A DNA stretch of 47,335 nt from the NCBI RefSeq assembly GCF_001194135.2, contig NC_068996.1:49545825-49593159 (forward strand), given 5' to 3'. A program made the position numbers and the translations under genes. The stretch is from Octopus bimaculoides. Taxonomy: Eukaryota. The first letter of the stretch is position 1. Each line of letters opens with the position of its first letter. Below are positions 1 through 10,100 of this stretch, one piece after another. The notes under the pieces were generated by a model. The model was not told where the DNA came from, searched no databases, and saw nothing but the letters and a program-made list of their open reading frames with translations.

Positions 1-31
<31 letters not shown>

Positions 32-826
32 AGTATTAGTGGTGTTAGTAGTTAAAACAACTGGGAGCAAAATATTTTTTTATAGAAATTTATTTTTACT
101 GCTTCAACATTCAATTGTCTTCATTTAATTTCCACTTTTTCATACTTGCATGGGTCAGACAGAATTTGTTGAGGCAGATTTTTCTATGACTGGATGCCCT
201 TCCTGTTGCCAATCTTCACCTGTTTCCAAGCAAGATAATATCTCCCAAGGGTTTGATATGTTTTTCATGGAAGATTGACAACAGAAGACACTGCTTGTAT
301 GAAGGTGTTGCTTGTTTTACAACTATCACACGATGTCAAGGCAGAGTGCAAACAAGCACGCACACACACATACATTATCTTAATTTAACATCGCTTTTTC
401 CATCCTGGCATGAATAGCCATTTCAACATGAATTGACATGTGAGAATGCTGCACTGAGCCCCAGTGTCTGCTTTGTCATGGTTTCTACAGTTGGATACCC
501 TTCTTAATGCCATCCACTTAACAGAGTGAGCTGGGTACTTTATTTTGTGCCACTGGAACTGGTGGGTTCACCAAATAAATACTCTCAAGAATAGACACCT
601 TAACTGAGTGGGGTATAGAACGGGGGGGGGGGTAAGAAACAAAGATAGTGGGATAAAAGTTGATGTCTTGCTGAAGAGGTGACTTACATATCTTGTATTC
701 ACCTCTTCAGCTTTTATTCAGAGAGAGATGTGAGATGAAGGTACAAAAGAAATGTGAAAGACAATAAGATAGAGGGGCAGAAAAGGTAGATGAGTAGGTA
801 AGTGTGCTAGAATGAGAGTATATGCG

Positions 827-988
827 CACACTCTCGGAGTGGTTGGCATTAGGAAGGGCATCCAGCTGTAGAAACTCTGCCAAATCAGATTGGAGCCTGG
901 TGCAGCCATCTTGTTCACCAGTCCTCAGTCAAATTGTCCAACCCATGCTAGCATGGAAAGCGGACGTTAAACGATGATGATGATGATG
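827..988 (+). mobile_element. Family D element (inferred RTE-LINE 3' UTR) ending in CCATGCTAGCATGG palindrome and (GAT)n
   Basis: Many copies in the window, e.g. 10075-10240, 11265-11440, 21660-21790, 25970-26050, 26545-26885, 36830-37093, 41835-42008 (+). Confidence 0.85.
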
Positions 989-1108
989 AGCTTCTTTCAG
1001 TTTCCATCTACCAAATCCACTTACAAGATTTTGTTTGCCTTTGACCAATATATTAAAATTACTATTAATGAGGATTTCTGAATGTTTCTTCCTTTCTTCC
1101 ACAACAGT

Positions 1109-1300
1109 TCATCATCATCATCATCATCGTTTAATGTCCGCTTTCCATGCTAGCATGGGTTGGACGATTTGACTGAGGACTGGTGAAACCGGATGGCAAC
1201 ACCAGGCTCCAATCTAATTTGGCAGAGTTTCTACAGCTGGATGCCCTTCCTAACGCCAACCACTCTGAGTGTAGTGGGTGCTTTTACGTGTCACCCGCAC
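1109..1300 (-). mobile_element. Family D element, minus strand
   Basis: Reverse complement of 827-988. Other minus copies at about 31040-31110, 32445-32755, 34828-35225, 37545-37700, 45290-45660 and 45795-46030. Confidence 0.85.
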
Positions 1301-2022
1301 GAAAACGTGGTTTTGAAAAACTCATTTGATTACTTCCTTCTTTACACTGGTTCAGCTAAATTGCTGAAATCCATCTTCTTACTTTCAACATCAGGAAAAC
1401 TTTCAGATAAAATTGCTAGCCTCTGGATTATATCCTAAACATTAAACATCAAATTGCTAAATAAGAATTATAAAATTATTGGTTCATTTCTGAAAGTAGT
1501 CATGGAATCTTTTCTAATGCTTAACTGCCAACATTTCATGTGTTTTCCAAGGACTTCTAAAAATTCCCTTTCTCCTCTCCATTTTCTTGTCTTCTCTCTC
1601 TCTCTCTATCCCCATACGCTTCTGGTACATAATTTATCGACCCCGAAAGAATGAAAAGCAAAGTCAACCTCGGCGGAATTTGAACTCAGAACGTAAGACA
1701 GACGAAATACCGCTAAGCATTTCCCCCAGCGTGCTAACGTTTCTGCCAGTTTTCTACTTTAAACAGCAGTTGATATTAAATAAATATTAGGGTCAGATTA
1801 ATGTGACCAAGTAAAGCCATTGAAGGCAGTGTACAAGCATGCCTACAGTCCAGTAACTGAATGGGATAAGAAAGTAAACGTGTTCAAATTCTTCATGGTT
1901 TTCATGAGTAAGAAAGTGATGCATCTATAACTGATATCGGTCTCTTGGAGACTAATCTTGGTGAAGTTAGTTTTCAGCAACTGATACAACTTGGAAGTGG
2001 TGTTGTTAAAGATAAACTCAAA

Positions 2023-2062
2023 ATGTCTGTCCAATGCTCTACCAATCCACAGCCCTCTACTG
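2023..2062 (+). CDS. Tentative start-codon exon E0 (MSVQCSTNPQPST G|), exon possibly 1978..2062
   Basis: Acceptor ttttcag ends at 1977. ATG lies in a caaaATG context at 2023. A phase-1 donor CTG|GTGCTT is followed by a T-rich tract and matches the phase-1 acceptor of E1. The donor is weak and there is no homology support. Confidence 0.33.
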
Positions 2063-4181
2063 GTGCTTTCATTTTATTTTATTTTTTTCTTTATCCTACC
2101 CTTGGGCAGAGTCCATTCCAGCACAGGGAGGTACTGTCTAAAGTATCTGTGTGTGTGTGTGTGTGTGTGCAGCAGCATCATCATCATCACTGTCATGGCT
2201 GTGAGAGCAATATACCATTGTAAGCTTCACCTGACATATGTGGAGGGTCAATAGTTAATGGGAGCTGAAGTATCTTGGGGCTCTGAAAAGAAAGGCCAGT
2301 TATTCTGTATGTGCTAGTGCCATATAAAGTGGTAAACCGTATATAAACAAAGAACTCGAAAGCATCCTCTGATGGAGATATGCCAGTCTTGTTCCCTTTC
2401 AACAGTAAGAACATACAAATTCTATACATAAAAAAAAAAAAATTACTGGGCCTCACTACTACTCGGTAGATCCTGGAATTGTTTGCCAAATTTTAAATGG
2501 CTGTGTCTTTGTGGTAAAATGATTGCTTCTCAAACACTAAAATCACTACCCTAGTGTGGCCACAGTTCAGTGATTGAAACAAGCAAAGCCCTCACTGTTT
2601 GTTTTTACTGTCTTGTTCTCACTGTGTTGTTCTAGTTAACACTTTCACCCTCCGCAAAAAATTCCAAATTTTATTTAATTTGCTTTGCAAGAAGGACTGT
2701 TCCAACGAAATCACGTATTGTCCTTGCCTTCGAAACGCGGAGTAGATGGAACAGAGACAACTGACGAAGAGGTATACTCTTTATGTTGCATGTCTCGTTT
2801 CTCATTGTGTTTAATGTTTTTTTGATGTCCTATACCCATATATGCATGTATGTATACATATAGATGTAGGTATGTACATATATGTATGGATATATGCATA
2901 TATTTATATATTATTTATATTATTATATGATCAAACGCCACGCATCTTTTTCCAAGTCAAGGATATATTATATATAATTATTCAGATGCATATTCAGTAT
3001 GTGAAGGCACAGTGGTTAGAGCGCCGGTCAGTGAGTTCAATTCCCAGACCGGGCTGTGTGTTGTGTTCTTGACAAGACACTTTATTTCACATCACTGGTG
3101 CCAAGCTGTATCGGTCCCTTTCCCTTTCCTTTAGATAACATCAGCAACATGGAGAGAAGAAGGCTGGTATGCATGGACGACTGTTGGTCTTACATAACCA
3201 ACCTTGCTGGACTTGTACATCAGAGGAGAACTTTCTAGATCCAGTCTCATGGTTATTCATGATTGGAGGAGGGTCGTTACCCTTCACCTTTTTACATATT
3301 TAGTTACATAAGGCAGAGAGCTGGCAGAACCATTGGCACATCATACAAAATGCTTAGCAGTATTTTATTCATCTTTATGTCCAGACCTCAAATTCCACTA
3401 GGGTTGACTTTGCCTTTCATCCTTTGGGGGAAGGGGGCTATAAAATAACAGCTAGTTGAGTACTGGGGTTGATGTAATCAACTATCCCCCCTCCCCTCAA
3501 AAACTGCTGGCACTGTGCCAAAATTTGAAACCATTATTATTCAATTACATATATCTTTGAGTTGAAACTGGGAAAACAAGTTAGTTGTAAGTTAATAAAA
3601 TCAGTTTATTGAGGAGAGAGAGAGGAGACCTTTCGAAAGCCTGAGGTCCATGGAAAAATTCATTTGAGTAAAATGGAGTTCTTGGTAGTGTAAAAATTTG
3701 GGGATTATTGTTAGATGGTATAGCTTTGGCAATACATGGATGATAATATAACTCAAAACATGAGTTTATTTTTAATCGACAGAAGTTACAGAGTGACTAA
3801 CCAAAAGTTTTGTGGATCAGAACTCAGAAAACTCTCAGCTCGATTAGAAAATTATTTAAAATTCTATATGGTATAAATAGGTTTGTAATACAAACTGGAA
3901 AATAGAACTTGAATTATTAGTGAATATATATATATATCGAAGAAAGTTAGGGGTTGTGAATCCAACCCCTATCTATACTATCTAATATCTATCCAATATA
4001 CTGCTGGAAGAATGCCCAATTATTATTACACTAGTGTTTTTTCATTGCATGACATAATATGTTACATGTGTTTGTATATTATTATTATTGTCCTTTTAGT
4101 AGACAAATAAACAAGTAAATTGACACTATACAATGTCTGCAGGTTGATGAATACCATCTTTTCCCCTCCATTTTCTTATTG

Positions 4182-4213
<32 letters not shown>

Positions 4214-5156
4214 NNNNNNNNNNAATGTGTCATTCTGACCCATAAAATAAAATTCATTTAATGCCAGAGAAAATGCTTTGCAGTATTTATACTCAGTCAA
4301 AAATCCTGTTGAGATCAACTTTGCCTCTTGTCTCTCTCTAGGGTCAGTAATGGAAAGTATGAACCCAAGTATTGGGGTCAATTAAATCAACTGACTCCCT
4401 TCATCCCCTAAAATTACTGACTTTGTATTTAAACAAATTCTTTACAAATTGAGTTTTCAATTTTTTTTTTTTTTTTTTTCTGAAAATGTGTTTAAAACTG
4501 TTTTTTCTTCAATATTTAAGTTATTTAGTTCTTTGGGTTTTGGCATTTAACCCTTTTAGTATGATGGCCTTAGAAACACCATAGGATAATCATGAAAAAT
4601 AATAGAAGAATGTTATGTTTTTTGGTGCTTATAATCACCCATAGTTTGGAGCTTCATTGATAAACCCTTTATGTATTCAATTATGTCATCACCCAGTATT
4701 TAGCTTAGAAATACTCAAATTTGACAGAACTATTAATATTGTCAATGAGGGCTCTAATGATGAAGAATCAATAAATGTTCATGTAATTATATCAAATTAT
4801 AAAGGTTTTTTTGTTTTTTTAAAGGGTGGGGTCACCAGCTAATCAAATAAATTTTTTTTATGTTCAGATGTTATTGATTTACCTGGGTTTGAATTTTTAT
4901 TAAATCTCTCTCTCTCTCTCTCTATTTGTTTGTCTATTTGTCTATCTCTCCCAACCTATCTATCTGTCTTTCTTTCTTTCTTTCCTGTTTGTGCCAATAA
5001 GATTATTAGAAACTGTATAATTATTTATCTGCGACTGAATGTTCCCCTTTTTTTGTCTTAATGACAAACAAATGAAATCACCATCACTACCACCATTATC
5101 ATCATCATCTATAAAAGCATTGAGCTGGTAGTGTTATTAAAGTATCAGATAAAATA

Positions 5157-5600
5157 GAGTAAAGATTGTTTGCCAACATAACATGGCAGTCCTGGTTTAG
5201 TACGAATGTTGCTGTAATTTAGCCCCAGGAGACATCGTCTCTAACTGGCTATACAACATGATCTGTGCCCTTATATTTTTGAACAAAGGAATCTAGCACC
5301 CCCACTCAGCTCAAAACAATATCTGTGTATCGCGATTCCTGGGTTATTTCCCTTCATCAGTACAGAATAATTGTTTGGTTAGAGATGGCGCTGCCAAATT
5401 CCCATTCAAAGTATATAGTTTTCAAAGTGACAATTAGTCACTGATCTATAAATTAAAAAATTACTATTCGAAATATTTGAAAATATAAAGACACATTGTG
5501 TTGTATAGCCAACTGGAGACAATGTCTTCTGGGGCTAAATTACACCAACATTCGTCCTAAACCAGGACTGCCATGTTATGTTGGCAAATAATCTTTACTC
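5157..5600. mobile_element. Foldback/MITE-like element with ~102-bp terminal inverted repeats
   Basis: 5157-5258 is the reverse complement of 5499-5600 with about 8 mismatches (GAGTAAAGAT...GCTATACAACA). No adjacent TSD seen. Confidence 0.85.
5314..5376 (-). ncRNA. Degenerate type I hammerhead motif inside the foldback element
   Basis: Minus strand reads AAACAATTATTCTGTA CTGATGA A GGG AAATAA CCC A GGAA T CGCG A T A C ACAGATATTGTTT. Stem I is about 13 bp with two bulges; GAAA is changed to GGAA. Confidence 0.55.
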
Positions 5601-6919
5601 CAAAGTACTGTTGGTGAATATCTCTCGTTGTGAAATTTACAAATCAGATAAAATGGTTTTCATCATTTGGTTCCAACATGGTGGTGAGCTGACAAAATTT
5701 TTAGCATGCTGAACAAAATGCTTCATGACATTTCTTCTGGCTTTAGGTTCTGAGTTCAAATTCTGCCCTGGTCAACTTTAAATAAGTACTAGTCAAATAC
5801 TAGGGGTCAATGTAATCAACTACTTCCTCCCACAAAATGTCAGGCTTTGTGCCTATAGTAGAAAGGATTATTTAGTTCCAGCTCTTTGTATTCTGAGTTC
5901 AAATCCAACTAAAGTCAACTTGGCTTTTACATCCTTCTGGGAGTACAGGTTGATAAATAAACTCCCCACTAGATTTCTGGCCTTGAACCTATGATGTGGT
6001 ATTCCACCCCTGACAAAATATTTGAAGCCGTATTGTTCTGAATTCAAATGTTTACAGCTTCAGCTTAGCTTATAATTCCTCTTAAGTCTGTGATATATTA
6101 GGGATTGATGCAATTTTCTTATTAACACTGCATACATCTTCTATCTTTATCTTTTACTTGTTGCAGTCATATGGCGGCAGCCATACTGGTGCATTGTCTT
6201 GAAGGGTTTTTGTGAAACAAATCAACTTCTTTTTTTTTTCTTAGCCTAGTATTTATTCTATCAGTCTCTTTTGCCAAACCATTTAAGTTACAAGGACATA
6301 AACACACACACACACACACACATGGCAGGCTTCTTTCATTTTCCATCTACCAAATCCACTCAAGGCTTTGGTTGGCCTGAGGTTACAGTAGAAAACATAT
6401 GCCCAAGGTGCCACACAGTGGAATTGAACATGGAACCATGTGATTGAGAAGCTAGCTTCTTACCACTCAGGCACACCTATATGTACATATNNNNNNNNNN
6501 NNNNNNNNNNNNNNNNNNNNNNNNNNNNNNNNNNNNNNNNNNNNNNNNNNNNNNNNNNNNNNNNNNNNNNNNNNNNNNNNNNNNNNNNNNNNNNNNNNNN
6601 NNNNNNNNNNNNNNNNNNNNNNNNNNNNNNNNNNNNNNNNNNNNNNNNNNNNNNNNNNNNNNNNNNNNNNNNNNNNNNNNNNNNNNNNNNNNNNNNNNNN
6701 NNNNNNNNNNNNNNNNNNNNNNNNTATATATATATATATATATATATGACAGGTTTCTTTCAGTTTTCATCTCACAAGACTTTAGTAGGCCCAAGTTTAT
6801 AATAGAAGGCACTTGTCCAAGGTGCCATGCAATGGTACCTAAAAATAATAGTAAATGAACTTGTACCTTAATTTTGCTAATTTTTATATATATATTTCTG
6901 TCTCCTTTTTTTTTAACAG

Positions 6920-7163
6920 GTGGGAATCGTGTTCCTGCTGAATCTGCATCTCTCCGTGGTGCTGGAGCTACTACCGCAGCTAGAGGTAAGATTCGGATGC
7001 CCAAAGGGCAAACCGTTATATCACGCCAAGCTGTTCAGTGTCAAGTTTGTGCCAAAACCCTCAACAACCCCAGTGCCTTGGCAAAACACAAGCTCACCCA
7101 CAGTGATGAAAGGAAATATGTCTGCCACATATGTTCTAAAGCTTTTAAAAGACAAGATCATTT
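6920..7163 (+). CDS. TRERF1/ZNF541: Exon E1: ZF1 ([21 protein letters not shown]) and first part of ZF2
   Basis: Acceptor ttttaacag, donor TT|GTAAGT, phase 1 to 2; C2H2 motifs. Confidence 0.93.
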
Positions 7164-10100
7164 GTAAGTATTTTCCATCCCCAGCTATTTTTTTATTGTG
7201 GTTGCTTGGTTTTGTTTTGTTTTTTTCTGATTATTTTAATTAGTATAAGACTTACATCATCATTATTTAAAATTCCTTTTTCCATATTGAGAGACAGAGG
7301 TAGGATATAGGAACAGAGTGGTGGTGAGTGTGTGAAAAAGGTGTGACAGATGATTAGAGATGGGGATTGAGGAAGAGGCAGTGAAGAAAATAGGAGTGAG
7401 TCAGGGAAGAGGAGTTGGTAGTGGGAAGGTACAGTAATAGGGATACAGTGTGATGCATTGGCAATAAAGGTTGTCGTTAATGGCACTTGAATAAGAGTAG
7501 TAACACAGTCAAGGATGGCTGTTGTGGGGTAAGGCTTACAGGGTCTTGTTTTTGCTGAGACAGATGGGGCTTTTTCATGTTGTATAACTTTTATTAATAC
7601 ATGTATCATTGATGTAGAAAAACACATGGCATCAGGTAACCACCATGAATTCTGGTTCTTCTTGCTGTCCATGTTGCTACATGTACATGTTTCTATTGTA
7701 TTTCAATAGCGCCATATATATGACAGTGCAGTGACTATAGACACATTAACAGCTGCTTACATTTCAACAGTTTGGGGGAAGTGAAAGAGTGGGCCAGGGA
7801 AGAGATAAGGGTCAGCAGCTCAAGGCAGCCAAGCAAAGACTGGACAAGTTGCCAGCAAAAGGATAACACTTGGGCTCTATCTCTCCTCTCGCTTAAATGG
7901 ACAGTAGTGGCCATGAGGCTTTGATACGCAACAGCACTTGGTATTAAATAAGTAGACACTTTTAATAAATTGGCAAAAACCAGGCAAAACCTGACAAGTT
8001 TCGTTGCTCTCCAGTCCATTATACAAAAGGAGTTTGTGGTTAAACTGTTGAGCTTACTTATTAACTAAGGCTAAATTTACGTGCATTAAAAAGTACGCTT
8101 GCACACTTAATTTCCACTTTAACCACACATTCACTATTTCAGTTGAGTTACATTTTTTTTTTAATGTTTTAAAGAGTTAGCTAAAGGGAAGTAATAAAGT
8201 ATACTTTCTAATTTTTTAGTGTTGCATATTTTACATGCATGTGAATATTTTGTTTTTTGGTTAAGTTTTACCATTTCACTTTCTCACAGATGTGTATTTA
8301 TTTTGATTAGATTTTAATCTAACCGAAATATGCAAGAGTTCTCTATATGCAAAATTGTTTTTTAAATATAATTTATGTTTAAAAATGCATTTTTCTTTCT
8401 TTCTGTTTCTTTGCTGATTTCTGCATTTATTTTCCTTATTTAAAAAAGATACAAAATACTAAGTATATGAATCCTATATATAAGGATTGCATTGAAACGA
8501 ATTCATATTAAAATCCATACATAAATTTTTTTTTTTCAACAATTGATATTTCAAATTTCTTTTTTATATATATAGGTCAGCATAACCTATAATTTCCACT
8601 ACATACAATCCGATTTATATTTATATAAGGGCATTACTACAGAATAATGCCACACACTAGACTTCCAAAATAAACACATTATTACCGAATTCGAGGAAAA
8701 AGCAACTTTTAAAAAAAGAACTCAACTATATAATTATATTCTTGGGAATAAAAAAAATGATGGGTTTTTTTCCCTTATGAATTTTTTACACACTAGCTTC
8801 CTGATAAAATTCTTGTACAAGATTTTTATCCCATTATTGAATTAATTAAATACAATCCTATTTATATATGGGGAAGCAATTTCATCTAAAACTGTTTTGA
8901 AACGAGAATTATTACAGTATGGAAGACACGTGTTGGTCATTCAGAAACCCACAAAAACTGTTAGCTGTACTTAAATATTTATTTTTGTCTTGAGTGACCA
9001 GTTTCACAGTTTCAAGTGACAAAAATTTTGACACTGTTTGATTAAGTAAAGTTAACACATCTTTGTGTATTTCTGAATGGCTGATATATGCTTTCCACAC
9101 TGCAACCATATCAACATGTTTAACTCTACAACTTAATTTCTGAATCAGGATGGCTCAAAAGATGCACAGTCAGCCAACAGCTTATGTATCATGTAATCCC
9201 AAACTACAGCAGCTTATTTCTTTTGAACAGAATACTTGATTCTACATTACTTATTTGTAAAGTGTTTGCCTCTTAATTTACAACAAAGTGCATATCATCA
9301 TCAACCACAAGTTGGGTATCTTCCCTGTATCTGGGGGTCGGTTTACCACGCCTTTTATTTTTTTTATATCATCAGTCTTTAATGGGCTTCTTGCTCTTTC
9401 CCTTCATACTTCCTACCAGAATGATCTTTGGCAATGAATCTTAACTCATTATATTCTCAAAATGTGATTGCTTTGTTGCTTTGATTCTCTATAATAGGTA
9501 TCTTCAGACTTTCAGTTTTTCTAGTACTGCAGCGTTTGCTATTCTGACTTCTTTTCCATTACTCTGTCATTGTCCAAATTTCTGCCCCATACCAGACAAG
9601 TGGAATAAACACATTTTAAAGAAGGAGAATAAAATTAAGTACAGGGAAAAACAGATGAGAGGTACAAGGATACTGAAGTCCTGCAGCTTCAGCAATATTA
9701 ACGAGAAAAGATTTTCACCTACGTATATGATATATGACTTTGTCCTTTGTTGTAGGATAAGAGGCAAAATATTCCAACTGTCACTGTAGAATCAGGTTGT
9801 CTTGATTCTTATTTAGATATACATTCATCATCATCATTTTAAAATCCACTTTTCCATGCTTGCATGGGTCAGATGGAATTTGTTGTAGTGAATTTTTCAT
9901 CTGGATATATTTCTTGTTGGCAGCCCTCATCTATTTTTAAGCAAAGTGATATTTCCCTGTGGCTGGATATGTTTTCTGAAGATTGAAAATGAACCACCTC
10001 ACTATTATGATTACTGTTAACAAGGGTGCACATAAATACCCACACACTCATATATATTGCTAGTGTCATGTAAATGGCACGTAAAATGCACCTATTACAC

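Noticed and set aside
1172-1195. CTGAGGA CTGGT GAAACCGG in the reverse strand of family D
   Set aside because: The 5 nt between the boxes cannot form stem II and there is no stem I
6440-7004. ORFs containing long X runs (also near 34309-34784, 40590-41156, 42937-43240)
   Set aside because: Artefacts of N-gaps and (TA)n tracts
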